From positions 2,560,001 through 2,624,000 of the forward strand of contig OZ271918.1 in NCBI GenBank assembly GCA_965602015.1: 64,000 nucleotides of DNA. Direction: 5' to 3'. The DNA is from Salinispira sp. (GTDB lineage Bacteria; Spirochaetota; Spirochaetia; DSM-27196; Salinispiraceae). Positions within the stretch are counted from its first letter, which is position 1. The number at the start of each line of letters is the position of its first letter. A model generated the notes under the pieces. That model was given only the letters and a program-made list of their open reading frames with translations, had not been told where the DNA came from and did no database searches. The position numbers and the translations under genes were made by a program. Shown here in pieces: positions 18,788-28,919 of this stretch.

Positions 18788-19997
18788 TTTCGCCCTCAAG
18801 GAGCCTGGGCCCCAGGGCACGAATGCCGATGAGTCCCAGGGGAGCGGTTACCACAATGGCCAACACCGCCAGGGCAAGCATCTGTTCTCCTCCGGGCACC
18901 CCGGCGGCAAGGGGCACGGCCCCTAAGGCGGCCTGTACCGTCGCCTTCGGCACATAAGAAACCACCACAAATGCCCGTTCGCGGAGGCTCAACGGACTCT
19001 TGTATAATGCCAACAATACTCCCGCAGAGCGCATGGCCAAACCGGCGGCCAGAATTGCCAGCCCATTAAATCCCGCATCAAGGGCCGTGGGAATATCCAC
19101 CGCCATGCCGATGAGGACGAACAGGATAATTTCCGCGAACACCCAGGCCTTGCCGAGCTTTGCCGCCAGTTCCCGGGCGGCCGGAGGATGACGGTACAGG
19201 AGGACGAAGCCCACAGTCATTACCCCCAGGAGCGCCGCCGTATGGGCCGCCTGTCCGACGGAAAAGAGGGCGAATGACAGGCCCAGCAGCAGCAGGGTTT
19301 TCTCCGTCGCCCTGATGCGCTGATGGTAACGCCTGAACAGCCAGACCAGAAGCGAACCCAGCAGAATCCCCGGCAGTATTCCCATTCCGACGGATAACAA
19401 AAGCCTTCCCGCACCGGCAAGCACATGGACTGCCGTAAATCCCGAACCATTGCCAAGGCCATAGCTGTTAAGCGCCATGGTGAACAGGGTTATGGCAAAC
19501 ACATCGTCCAGGCTAGCGCCTGCGAGAACCAGGGTCGGCACGTCATTTTTCTCTCCCCTGCGCAGCTCTTTTAGCTCGAGCATTGAGGGAACCACAACCG
19601 CCGGGCTCACCGCCGCCAATAAAAAGCCCAGCATCATAGCCTGGCCAGGCTCCCAGGAAAAGAGATTCATGGCGAGGAGGGTTACCGCCGCGGCCTCCAG
19701 GGTCATGGGAAGAAAGGACAGCAATAGCGCGCTTCGGCCCACCTTTCTCAGGGTCCTAAAGTGGATGCCCAAGCCCGCCCGAAGCAGAATAATGACCAGC
19801 GCCAGTGATGTGAGCGATGGCGCGAGCTGCCCCACCAGGGGCGACATTTCTCCGCGCGGCAGCCAGGCTTCAAGGGCTGTAAGGGCAATGCCGAAGATCG
19901 TCATACCCAAAACCGCAGGCAGGCCGATGCGGCCGGACAGTTTGCCCAGACCGTAGCCTCCCAAGAGAATGAGTATCAGGCTTAATTCAAGACTCAT
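18756..19997 (-). CDS. Cation:proton antiporter (CPA1)
   Basis: ALVIILLRAGL, AAVSPAVVVP, ASLDDVFAI, PKATVQAALG. Confidence 0.9.
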   Translation of the reverse strand: MSLELSLILILLGGYGLGKLSGRIGLPAVLGMTIFGIALTALEAWLPRGEMSPLVGQLAPSLTSLALVIILLRAGLGIHFRTLRKVGRSALLLSFLPMTLEAAAVTLLAMNLFSWEPGQAMMLGFLLAAVSPAVVVPSMLELKELRRGEKNDVPTLVLAGASLDDVFAITLFTMALNSYGLGNGSGFTAVHVLAGAGRLLLSVGMGILPGILLGSLLVWLFRRYHQRIRATEKTLLLLGLSFALFSVGQAAHTAALLGVMTVGFVLLYRHPPAARELAAKLGKAWVFAEIILFVLIGMAVDIPTALDAGFNGLAILAAGLAMRSAGVLLALYKSPLSLRERAFVVVSYVPKATVQAALGAVPLAAGVPGGEQMLALAVLAIVVTAPLGLIGIRALGPRLLEGEIMPPQSSRLS

Positions 19998-20838
19998 GAG
20001 TCCCTTTGCTCTGTGCTGCCGAAGAAAACACCGGTTCGAATCCGCTATACAGCCTTGACGAGAAATAATCGACGACGAGGCTGGAAAATATCAGGATTTC
20101 CCCAAAAATGCGCAGATACATCATGAGCATGATGGGCGTGGCCATGGCGCCGAATATCGATATTCGCCTGGTCATCGATTGAATTATTGCTACACCGAGT
20201 GTGCTCACGCCCTCGAGAATTGCCCCGGAAATGAGGGCGACGAATACCGTGGGCCAGAAGTCGATGGTGCGGTTTGAGTATATGAAATAGAGGACGGTGA
20301 GAATCAGGGCTACTACGACGGCATCAAGGAGGGTGTCCGCCCAGAACATCATTCTCGTTGAAAAGGGAATAATGGCGGTGAAAATATCCAGCCGGTTTCC
20401 CAGAATCATCGATGCGTAGAACAGCAAGAGGCTGGCGGCAAGCAGGGTGAGAGATATGAGGTTATGCCGGGAAACCGTACTGCGCTTTCTCGAGAGGATG
20501 GTCCGCAAAACCCGCCCGAGCGCATTAAACAGGTTGAGGGAAAACAACAGGAAAAACACCAGGGTAAGTACGCTCAGGGAGCGCCAATTGCGGGAGAAAT
20601 CAACCACCCGGCTCAGGTAATTCGCGAGAATATCGCCGGGGATGAACTCGGAAAGGGCCTCCACCAGCCCGCTGTAGAGCTCCGGAGTGATATTCACCAG
20701 GTATGCTCCGGCGCTGAGGGCAATAAAAACCAGGGGCAAGAGGCCGAGAATGAGGGAAAAGCCAAGCCCTTTGGCCAGTAGTGGACCGTTAATTTTGTCG
20801 TAGCGCTTGAGCACATGGCGCAGAATATCCTGGAGCAT
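19987..20838 (-). CDS. YihY/BrkB family membrane protein
   Basis: Six-TM pattern; LAKGLGFSLILGLLP; IFGAMATPIMLMMYL. Confidence 0.75.
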   Translation of the reverse strand: MLQDILRHVLKRYDKINGPLLAKGLGFSLILGLLPLVFIALSAGAYLVNITPELYSGLVEALSEFIPGDILANYLSRVVDFSRNWRSLSVLTLVFFLLFSLNLFNALGRVLRTILSRKRSTVSRHNLISLTLLAASLLLFYASMILGNRLDIFTAIIPFSTRMMFWADTLLDAVVVALILTVLYFIYSNRTIDFWPTVFVALISGAILEGVSTLGVAIIQSMTRRISIFGAMATPIMLMMYLRIFGEILIFSSLVVDYFSSRLYSGFEPVFSSAAQSKGTHES

Positions 20839-21000
20839 ATATTCAATTGTAATGCTCCGATATACGGTGGTAAAGTGCCGGCACTTCCTTCTTGTGAAAG
20901 CCCGTCTCTTGCCCTATTCTGATAGCTGCATACAAGGCCCCGCATCGCGTCAGCCCGCCGGTTCGCCGGGGGGAGAAGGCCGGCACATCGAGGAACAAAC

Positions 21001-21954
21001 ATGGATACAAAAAGTCAGATCAATAACCTCTATCAGCGGATCAGCGGCTCCCTGCTGTCGGTTTTCGTGGGAAGCGAGGCCGTTGTCCGGCCTGTGGTGC
21101 TGGGCTTGCTGTCGGGAATGCACGTGCTGCTTGAAGACATTCCCGGCGTAGGGAAAACCACCCTTGCGCTGGCGCTGGCAAAAAGCTGCGAATTGGACTT
21201 CGGCAGGATTCAGTTCACCCCTGATCTGCTGCCCGGGGATATTGTCGGCATGACTGTGTGGAACAGCGAACTTCGGGAATTCCAATTCAAACCGGGGGCC
21301 GTGAACCATCAGTTCATTCTTGGCGATGAGATAAACCGGGCCAGCGAACGCACCCAATCGGCCCTGCTCGAGGCGATGGCCGAAGGATCGGTCAGCGCCG
21401 ACGGCAACAGCTACCGCCTTCCCCAGCCGTTTTTTGTCATCGCGACCCAGAATCCCATTAGCTTTGCGGGAACCTTTATGCTTCCCGAAAGCCAAACCGA
21501 CCGCTTCGGCATATGCACCGGACTGGGCTACCCGAATCCGGAGAATGAACGGGAAATTCTCAGCAGGTTTCAGAACGAGACCCCTATGGAGACGATAAAA
21601 GCCGTCTGCGGCGCCGACGATATCCGCGCGGCCCGAGCAATCTGCGCCGGGGTGGAAGTAGCGGATGCGGTCAAGGATTACATCGTCGAAATCAGTTCGG
21701 CAACCCGGCGGGACAAACGCTTCCGCCTGGGCATCTCGCCCAGGGGCAGCAGACATCTTATGATGGCCGGTCAGGCTGCGGCCGCAGTGAGCGGGAGGGA
21801 TTTTGTCATACCTGAGGATATTCTCGAGGTCAGCGCGTACGTGCTCCCCCACCGAATCCGGCTCTCCGCCGACGCCCGCAATGAGAATCTTACTGAATCC
21901 ACGGTCATTCAGGAAATAGTCCGTTCGGTGCGCGTTCCCACCGGAATTCGATGA
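21001..21954 (+). CDS. moxR: MoxR family AAA+ ATPase
   Basis: LEDIPGVGKTT, RIQFTPDLLPGD, DEINRA, ATQNP. Confidence 0.95.
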   Translation: MDTKSQINNLYQRISGSLLSVFVGSEAVVRPVVLGLLSGMHVLLEDIPGVGKTTLALALAKSCELDFGRIQFTPDLLPGDIVGMTVWNSELREFQFKPGAVNHQFILGDEINRASERTQSALLEAMAEGSVSADGNSYRLPQPFFVIATQNPISFAGTFMLPESQTDRFGICTGLGYPNPENEREILSRFQNETPMETIKAVCGADDIRAARAICAGVEVADAVKDYIVEISSATRRDKRFRLGISPRGSRHLMMAGQAAAAVSGRDFVIPEDILEVSAYVLPHRIRLSADARNENLTESTVIQEIVRSVRVPTGIR

Positions 21955-23144
21955 AAGTAAATCTCTCGGCGACCCTCATCTATCTTTTATTGCTCTACCT
22001 GATGAATCTGGCCCGGAACTCCGTCGGCGGATTTTTTATATATGTGTATTTTGCCCTGTGGACCATACCCCTGGCGGCGCTTATCCATCTGACAATTACC
22101 ATGTTCAGCCTGCGGTATATTCAGGACTTCAGCAGTTTCCACAGCGTGCGGGGAGATGAGGTGGACTATCGCCTTCGGGTGATTCAGGAAATTCCCCTGT
22201 TTTCAGCTGATATCAGCATCAGGTTTAAACACATCAACCCCCATATGAGGCAGATTACCGAAGACCGGAACATCACCCTGAAACCCGGACAGCGTCTGAA
22301 TCTGGAGTATTCCATACCCTGCCCCTACATCGGCATTTACACCATAGGCCTCGAAGGGCTATCGGTGAGCGACGTCTTCGGATGGATTACCCTGCCGCTT
22401 TCAGTGTATTTCTTTAACATGTACGTGTACCCCCGGGTTTTGGACAGCGCGGATTTTACTCCCCTGGCGTTGAATCACTGCCGGAAGGCGGGCAATCGGC
22501 TTGGAACCTCGGTGGATTACAGCTACTTCGAACGGCTGGAAGAGTACCGCGAGGGCCAGGACGTGCGCCTCATGGCATGGAAACGATTTGCCGCTCAAGG
22601 CGTTCCGATGGTCAGGGTCTACAACCGGGTCTCGACCCGGGGGGTTCGGCTATATCTGGATACAAGGCGGGACGGGGACGGCGGCGCCGGATTGATAGAG
22701 CGGGAGGATTTTTCACTTGAGCTTTTGGTGAGCCTGGCGTCGCTTATGCTCGAAGAATCCGTACCGGTGACGGTTCGGGCCTGGGGCATACCGGCGCTGC
22801 AGCTTGAACGGCGGGAACAGCTTCAGGACCTGATCAGGTCGAGCCTGGAAATCAGATTCTCTCCCGATGCCGATCTGTTCCGCATGTTCGGCGAGGACGC
22901 CGGGGTGTACAGCGAGGGCAGTTCGCTCATTATCACCCACGACCTGAGCCCCGAGCTCATCCGGATTCTCAGCCGCCCGAGGGAGGGGGGGTATACCACC
23001 GAAGCGGTTATAAATGAAACCGGCGCGGGGCAGGAAACACGGGAACTTCATCGCCGGCGGATAAATGTGCTGGGAAGCGCCGGCGGTCTGCTGCGTTTCA
23101 CCGACGCCGCAAAAATACAAGGGAAGCATTTGGTATGGCAATAA
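21951..23144 (+). CDS. DUF58 domain protein
   Basis: VYPRV, LEEYREGQDVRLMAWKRFA; canonical position after moxR. Confidence 0.85.
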   Translation: MKVNLSATLIYLLLLYLMNLARNSVGGFFIYVYFALWTIPLAALIHLTITMFSLRYIQDFSSFHSVRGDEVDYRLRVIQEIPLFSADISIRFKHINPHMRQITEDRNITLKPGQRLNLEYSIPCPYIGIYTIGLEGLSVSDVFGWITLPLSVYFFNMYVYPRVLDSADFTPLALNHCRKAGNRLGTSVDYSYFERLEEYREGQDVRLMAWKRFAAQGVPMVRVYNRVSTRGVRLYLDTRRDGDGGAGLIEREDFSLELLVSLASLMLEESVPVTVRAWGIPALQLERREQLQDLIRSSLEIRFSPDADLFRMFGEDAGVYSEGSSLIITHDLSPELIRILSRPREGGYTTEAVINETGAGQETRELHRRRINVLGSAGGLLRFTDAAKIQGKHLVWQ

Positions 23145-25261
23145 GCGCCGCGGCTCCGCTTTTCCCCGAAATCCCGCGGCTCCCGCGCTGGGGTTACATC
23201 ATTATTTCCCAAGTAATTTCAGTGGCGCCGCCGGTGTTTTTTTACATTATGTACCGGGCGCAGGGACCGCTGTTGCCGGTGGCGGCAATTGCGTCGGCAC
23301 TCCCTCTGCTTGAGAGCCTGAGGCACCTCGCCGACGGCGGGTCCCGGGAAGCCCAGAGGCGGCCGGCATCGCGTATTTTCGCCTTGATACAAGGCGGCGT
23401 TCTTGCCGGTCTGGTCTTGCTTATAATAGCGCTGGTGAGCATCACATCTGCCGGAAGCTATGCTGCCTGGTTCTTTTACATCGCAAACCGGACCGGCAGC
23501 TCGACGATCTCGTATTATTTCGTGCTCAAGTTCCTCCTGTTCTCCGGCCTCGCGGGAATAGCCGTGGTGCGGGGGAATATCAGCGGTGCGCTCAGCGCCT
23601 TGGCGTTTGTCTATCTCACGGTTTTTTCAGTTATGTACTCCCTGCCCTGGCTGGGAGTCCTGGCCCTTTTGGCGCTGATCTATACGGTGGTTCAGGGGAA
23701 CCAGCGCAGACGCGGGGGATGGAGTTCATCTTCGGTTTCCGCGGGCCTAATGGTGACCGCTGCGGGATTTATCCTCGCCCTGCTGCTCATGGCCATGGGC
23801 CTTGGCCAGGCGGCTTCGATGCGCTTCAGACTGGTTCCGGTACAAATTTCCCAGGCCTTTTTTAGGATACTTCCTGATTTCCCCCTGGCAGTGGACATCC
23901 CCGGTTTCGGCGGATTCAACGGAACCCGGGCAATACACGGAAGGCCGACGCTGTCGGGCGCAACAGTATTTACCATTGAATCCAGGGATCCGGGCCCCCA
24001 CTATATCAAAACCCAGACCTTTGATCTCTATGAAAACTCCTCCTGGTCTTCGACCCGATGGCTCCGAGCCCGATCGGAGAGCGACCCGCCGATCAGCTTC
24101 GACACCCATGGATTTATCGCCTCCCGGCGTCCTCCCGGAGAACGGGAAATAAAAATCCGTTTCCAGACGGATTTCTACTCCTCCGTTCCCTACACCCTGC
24201 AGACCGCAGCCATTTCCACCAGCGAAGACCTGGGCCCGTCGGTCTATACCGGCCGGGACGGCGGGTACATCCTTGAGACTCCCTTCCCCGGATCGGTGGA
24301 TTTTATTCTGCGGGAAGATCCGGGACAGGCTGCCGGAGTGGACGGGATCAGCGAAGCCGCCAGGGATAACTACAGCGCTGTGTACCCGAATATCCGGGAG
24401 TCTGTGTACACTCTTGCTCGAGAGCTTCAGGGAGAAAATCCCGAAGCGAGTATCACCAACATTCAGCAGTACTTCAGTAATAACTACCGCTACCGACTGC
24501 AATACCCCTCCCTGCCCTCCGGAGTGGACACCGTTAGTCATTTCCTCGAAGAGGGCGAAGCGGGGTATTGCGTACAGTTCGCCTCGTCAATGGCGATTAT
24601 GCTCCGGATTCTCGGAATTCCAAGCAGATATGTCACCGGCTATTATGCGCGGATCCGAGCCGGTGAGCAGCGAAGCGAAGTGACGGGTCTGCAGGCCCAT
24701 GCATGGGTGGAAGCTTGGCTGGAAGACCGCGGCTGGATTACCGTGGAGGCAACGCCGCCCATGCTGTCCCTGGCGGGCGGCACCCTTGAATTCTATGGAG
24801 ACGCTAACGCGTACGGTGATTCTCTCACCGAGCGCCAACTGCTGTCGATTCTGGGCGTTGGCGGTGAGTCCTCCGGGCACACATCCGGGATCCAGCCTGT
24901 CGATACCAGGCGCAACGATATACAGTGGCTGGGGGTTGCAGCCATTGCCGGGGCATCCTTTGCTGTCATTGTAATACTGGGAATACTGGTTCTTATTATC
25001 CTTCCGGCGGACCTGCGCATACGGTTTTATCTCGCTATCCTGATCAGGATTTCAATCTGGAAAAAACTCATGCCGGTGGTCAGCGAGGGCTGGGCGGCAT
25101 TTCTCGACGCCCTTGACCAAATGGGCGTATACCCGCGGTACCCGGATTTCCGATCGGATCTGTTCCGTTTTCTCTATTCGTCTCAGGGGAAAACAAGCAC
25201 AGCGAACCGCCTTTTCGAGCGGGAAGTCCGCCGCATCACACGGTTAGTACTGCTCGGCTGA
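23135..25261 (+). CDS. Membrane transglutaminase-like protein (TgpA-like)
   Basis: N-terminal TMs; GYCVQFASSMAIMLRILGIPSRYVTGY; HAWVEAW. Confidence 0.9.
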   Translation: MAISAAAPLFPEIPRLPRWGYIIISQVISVAPPVFFYIMYRAQGPLLPVAAIASALPLLESLRHLADGGSREAQRRPASRIFALIQGGVLAGLVLLIIALVSITSAGSYAAWFFYIANRTGSSTISYYFVLKFLLFSGLAGIAVVRGNISGALSALAFVYLTVFSVMYSLPWLGVLALLALIYTVVQGNQRRRGGWSSSSVSAGLMVTAAGFILALLLMAMGLGQAASMRFRLVPVQISQAFFRILPDFPLAVDIPGFGGFNGTRAIHGRPTLSGATVFTIESRDPGPHYIKTQTFDLYENSSWSSTRWLRARSESDPPISFDTHGFIASRRPPGEREIKIRFQTDFYSSVPYTLQTAAISTSEDLGPSVYTGRDGGYILETPFPGSVDFILREDPGQAAGVDGISEAARDNYSAVYPNIRESVYTLARELQGENPEASITNIQQYFSNNYRYRLQYPSLPSGVDTVSHFLEEGEAGYCVQFASSMAIMLRILGIPSRYVTGYYARIRAGEQRSEVTGLQAHAWVEAWLEDRGWITVEATPPMLSLAGGTLEFYGDANAYGDSLTERQLLSILGVGGESSGHTSGIQPVDTRRNDIQWLGVAAIAGASFAVIVILGILVLIILPADLRIRFYLAILIRISIWKKLMPVVSEGWAAFLDALDQMGVYPRYPDFRSDLFRFLYSSQGKTSTANRLFEREVRRITRLVLLG

Positions 25262-26890
25262 TTCCTCTTCTGCGTAAATAACGGCGTTTCGGAAATCCGT
25301 TCCTCCAAGGCGGCTTCGTTGCCAGCCCTGTACCCGTGGATCTATCAGCAGCACATCGCTGAAGTGGTAAATCGGAATGATCGGAAGATCGGACATGAGA
25401 ATCTGATTAGCTTCATACAACGCTTCAAAGTATCCCGAAGGGTTTGACGCAGCCCTTGCCCGTCGGATCGCCTCATCAAACAGTGCATTTCGATAATTCA
25501 GATCGTTAAAGGCGTTATTTCTTTCAAAAAGCGAAAGCATGGCTCCAGGATCCAGGACGGGGCTGAGCCAGCCGCCCCGGGCGAGCACATAGTTGCCGAA
25601 TTTCCTGCTTTCTTCAAAAGCCGCCCATTCAAGACCGCGCAGGTCGACTTCGATTCCCAAATTACCTTGCCACATATCCCGTACCAGTTCCGCCGCCTGA
25701 CGGTGATGATCGCTGTTATTGTACATCAGCTCGATAGCAGGGAGTCCGTCGCCGCCCGGATACCCCGCCTCAGCCAGGAGAATCCGGGCTTCCTCGAATC
25801 CCGAATCGTCAACGGCCATGCCCTGGTGGCCGGCCACATCATGAAAGTCCCGTCCGAGATGATCGGGAAACCCCGGAGGCACAACGGCACCAGCGGGAAA
25901 CTGATGGCCGGACAGAGATTCGGTGAGGACCTTGCGGTTTATGGAGAGATTAAGAGCCCGGCGCACCAGAGGGTTACGCCAGACATCCTCAAGCATATTA
26001 AAACTCAAGTAATAGGTTCCGAGGCGGGGGAAAGAGTGCAAACCCGGCAGTTCGGTATACCCTTCGTTGCCTATGGTTTCGCCCAGCGCCTGACTTACAT
26101 GATATTCGCCTGCCGGGACGGTCTCATTGATGGAAGATGACTCATTGGTAAAGCTGATAGTGATTCCCTCGAGCAGGACTCCATCGGCATCCCAAAAATG
26201 AGGGTTTCTCTCGAGGGTCATTCCCCGGCCCGGCATGTACGTTCTCAAAGCAAAGGGGCCGTTGCTCACTGCCGACTCCGGATCCACGGCCCATTGGCCA
26301 TGGGGGCCGGCCTCCACGGCCTCACGTTTCACCGGCATAAAGGGAAACAGGGAGGTCATCGATACGAAGCGCCAGGACGGAGCCCCAAGCCTTACCGATA
26401 GCGTTCGATTATCCAATGCAGAAACGCCTAGAGAGTCCGGAGGCAATATGCCTTTCACAACGGAGGAAGCATGTTCAACGCCGCTGTATTCCCAAATCCA
26501 GCTGTATTGCGAGCCTAGTTCAGGATCCGCCGAACGCTTCCAGGCATATTCGAAGTCATGGGCGGTCAGCGCCGTGCCGTCGGACCAGTAGGATTCCCGG
26601 AGAAAAAACGTCAGTACACGTCCGTGGTCAGAAAGCTCCCAACGCTCGGCGATTCCAGGCAACACCCTTCCGCCGCGCTCCCGGACCAATCCTTCGAAGG
26701 TATTAAGTATAATGTCCCGGCCTTCGGCGGAACTGTTGAGTCCAGGATCCAAATGCGACGGTTCGTTCCCCAGGTTCCACGAGAGCAGCGACAATGATTC
26801 CTGGGGGACAGAAGCAGGGCCGCAGCCGCTAAAAAAAATGGACAGCAACAATACCGCGAGGCAAGAACGCCAAAGCGACAAGGTATTCAT
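25244..26890 (-). CDS. oppA: Peptide ABC transporter substrate-binding lipoprotein (orphan OppA)
   Basis: Lipobox FFSGC; EPSHLDP, PGIAERW, SNGPF, RNPHFWD, DLPIIPIY. Confidence 0.9.
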   Translation of the reverse strand: MNTLSLWRSCLAVLLLSIFFSGCGPASVPQESLSLLSWNLGNEPSHLDPGLNSSAEGRDIILNTFEGLVRERGGRVLPGIAERWELSDHGRVLTFFLRESYWSDGTALTAHDFEYAWKRSADPELGSQYSWIWEYSGVEHASSVVKGILPPDSLGVSALDNRTLSVRLGAPSWRFVSMTSLFPFMPVKREAVEAGPHGQWAVDPESAVSNGPFALRTYMPGRGMTLERNPHFWDADGVLLEGITISFTNESSSINETVPAGEYHVSQALGETIGNEGYTELPGLHSFPRLGTYYLSFNMLEDVWRNPLVRRALNLSINRKVLTESLSGHQFPAGAVVPPGFPDHLGRDFHDVAGHQGMAVDDSGFEEARILLAEAGYPGGDGLPAIELMYNNSDHHRQAAELVRDMWQGNLGIEVDLRGLEWAAFEESRKFGNYVLARGGWLSPVLDPGAMLSLFERNNAFNDLNYRNALFDEAIRRARAASNPSGYFEALYEANQILMSDLPIIPIYHFSDVLLIDPRVQGWQRSRLGGTDFRNAVIYAEEESAEQY

Positions 26891-26913
26891 AGCAGATTTC
26901 CCCGAACACACAG

Positions 26914-27504
26914 CTAAAAGCCTATGACAAACCGGCGCAGATTATGCAGGAATAGAAAAAGGCCCGGCGGCAGGGAGCGGTCTCCTATTTTGAACTCCAG
27001 GTGCAGGTGAGGTCCCGTCGCCCGCCCGGTCGCCCCTACATCTCCAAGGCTGGAGATTCCCGGGAAAACCAGGGCTCCCGCCCGGCTGTCGATGACCGAC
27101 AGGTGGGCATAGACAGTTCGCAGGCCAAAAAGATGGCGAACTACCACCACGTTGCCGAAACTGTCGGACCAGCCTGTACTTTCCACAATGCCCGGCGCGG
27201 AAGGACGAATAGGCGTGCCCACCGGTGCGGCAAAATCAACGCCCCAATGGAACTCAATATCAGTAACCAGGTTTGTTTCGGGACGCATTCTGAAAAAATA
27301 CCCGGAAGTCCGGCTACCGTTTATGGGACGGTAAAAGGGCGGCAGGGCTATGGCGACAAAGACCAGTACGGCGATGATCTTGACGACCCGGATAAGCATC
27401 CGCCGCCGGCGCTGCCCCCTCTCATCAAGCCCGTCTATCGCGTTCTTTAGGGCCTTTTCTGTAGCCTCGATCTGTTTCTCAATATCTTTAAGACTTCGCT
27501 CCAT
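26914..27504 (-). CDS. M23 family metallopeptidase, membrane anchored
   Basis: HWGVDF, YAHLS, TGPHLHLE; start uncertain (27504 or 27513). Confidence 0.88.
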   Translation of the reverse strand: MERSLKDIEKQIEATEKALKNAIDGLDERGQRRRRMLIRVVKIIAVLVFVAIALPPFYRPINGSRTSGYFFRMRPETNLVTDIEFHWGVDFAAPVGTPIRPSAPGIVESTGWSDSFGNVVVVRHLFGLRTVYAHLSVIDSRAGALVFPGISSLGDVGATGRATGPHLHLEFKIGDRSLPPGLFLFLHNLRRFVIGF

Positions 27505-27555
27505 TCCGACCATCCTACCCCAACGCAGAGAGAATTGCAGCCCCAAAAACCATAC

Positions 27556-27585
27556 TTGACAGCCGGCTCCCAAAGCCTGTACATT
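27556..27585 (+). promoter_or_regulatory. Sigma70-type promoter of the tRNA
   Basis: TTGACA, 18-nt spacer ending in TG, TACATT. Confidence 0.6.
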
Positions 27586-27608
27586 CCCAGACAGCCCCAA
27601 AACAACCC

Positions 27609-27682
27609 GGGCCCATAGCTCAGTTGGTTAGAGCAGTGGACTCATAATCCATTGGTCGTAGGTTCAAGTCCTACTGGGCCCA
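27609..27682 (+). tRNA. tRNA with CAU anticodon, probably tRNA-Ile2 (lysidine); CCA not encoded
   Basis: GGGCCCA/TGGGCCC acceptor stem, D arm GCTC/GAGC, GTGGA-CTCATAA-TCCAT, T arm GTAGG-TTCAAGT-CCTAC. Resembles Ile2 more than Met or fMet. Confidence 0.93.
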
Positions 27683-27683
27683 T

Positions 27684-27729
27684 AAAAAAGTCGATGATTC
27701 GCCGCAAGGCGGATTATCGACTTTTTTTT
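27684..27729. terminator. Intrinsic terminator after the tRNA
   Basis: aaaaaagtcgatgattcgcc-gcaa-ggcggattatcgactttttttt. Confidence 0.9.
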
Positions 27730-27733
27730 GGTC

Positions 27734-27876
27734 GGGACCCGGTAGGACTTGAAGCGTAGGCCCCGGCGCGAATACCTGGAGCGCGAAAAGCCATGGATGG
27801 CTTTTCAGGGGCCGGAGACGGCCCGGCGGAGCGAGGCACGAGGCCGAGCGACAGAGGGCCAAGTCCTACTGGGCCC
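27734..27876. repeat. tRNA-linked mini-element with inverted and direct copies of the tRNA 3' end
   Basis: 27734-27753 is a near reverse complement of the tRNA 3' end; 27860-27876 is an exact copy of 27665-27681; internal palindrome at 27785-27806. Confidence 0.8.
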
Positions 27877-27991
27877 CTCTGAAAACCCTACAAGGATTTT
27901 TCTTTACGCTTTTCGGCGCTTCCGATTTATAAAATCTCATAGCACGTTTTGGAAGCTTCACATACCCATGGTTCGATATACTTAAAAAAAA

Positions 27992-28578
27992 TTGATGGTA
28001 CTATCTAATCTAATTTGGGGTGTTACTGAGTTGCATTTTTCCATTAAATCTCTTTTATCGTTTTTTACCGGAATGTACATGCTCTTGATAACTGCATGTA
28101 CCAGTCTGGCACCACCCATTACTGAATCAGTTGGATATGACCTGACCGTTGCTGAGTGGCCTGTGCAGAAATTGACTGAGGCAAGAACCTTTCTTGAAGA
28201 AGAACGTCGAGGCATTACTGCTTCGGTAGTAAACACCTCTGAGGGTACTATACTCAGCTGGGGCGATTACACCACTCCCACAAATCTTCAATGCTGTATT
28301 CCAATGCTGACGACCACACCGGCTTTGGGTATATGTGGTGGATGCTCAGGAATACTGATGGTGTGTACATAGCCAGCGGTTGGGGAGGCCAAAGGCTGAT
28401 TGTTGATCAGCGGAATAATCTGGTTTTCGTAACCATGAACAACACTGGAACATCAGTTCTGAGTCATGTGATCTTCCGGCTCTTGGGTACAGCCGGAACG
28501 ACGAGTGAAACACTTTCTCTTCATAATTTGCTAGTTGAAGGCATTCCAGGTTTCCAAAGCCTAAATATAGAGAAGTGA
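27992..28578 (+). pseudogene. Serine hydrolase/beta-lactamase-like pseudogene (internal deletion plus frameshift)
   Basis: N-terminal piece ...GTILSWGD... is joined out of frame to C-terminal GFGYMWW...YIASGWGGQRLIV...LVFV; the SxxK core is absent. Confidence 0.7.
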
Positions 28579-28825
28579 AGATCCAATCAGGGGAATCTAT
28601 CTTACTCTGAGATGATTACCGGGGTATCCTAAGACATGGCATAAACGCTTAATTGGACCAGTATGAAAACATGGTAACACTGTCACAATATCGAAGCCTA
28701 TACATTTCATACCCATAATAATCGGACCTCCACGAAGAAATCGATATCGACCAGCGTCGTTGAATTAGTTCACTAACCGGCTATGGAAGGCCGCTTCCAA
28801 ACCACGGGGCAGATATTCTTGATCC

Positions 28826-28862
28826 ATGACATTTGTCATAAGCAGAGCATGACACTTTTCAC
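28826..28862. promoter_or_regulatory. NarL/DesR-type response-regulator boxes
   Basis: ATGACA-tt-TGTCAT (28826-28839) and degenerate ATGACA-ct-TTTCAC (28849-28862) upstream of the ABC operon. Confidence 0.75.
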
Positions 28863-28919
28863 AATAGCGTGTTTCTAGGAATGGCTATAGCTTGTCAGAG
28901 AATCAAAGAGGAGATGAGT

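Noticed and set aside
21001..25261. MoxR-DUF58-transglutaminase as a novel system
   Set aside because: A well-known, widespread gene trio.
27609..27682. tRNA-Met or tRNA-fMet assignment
   Set aside because: It has a paired 1-72 position and lacks the three consecutive G-C anticodon-stem pairs of initiator tRNA; the overall sequence is closer to Ile2. Elongator Met is not fully excluded.
27749..27985. 78-aa ORF downstream of the tRNA
   Set aside because: Runs through the palindromic tRNA-linked element; no RBS or protein-like features.
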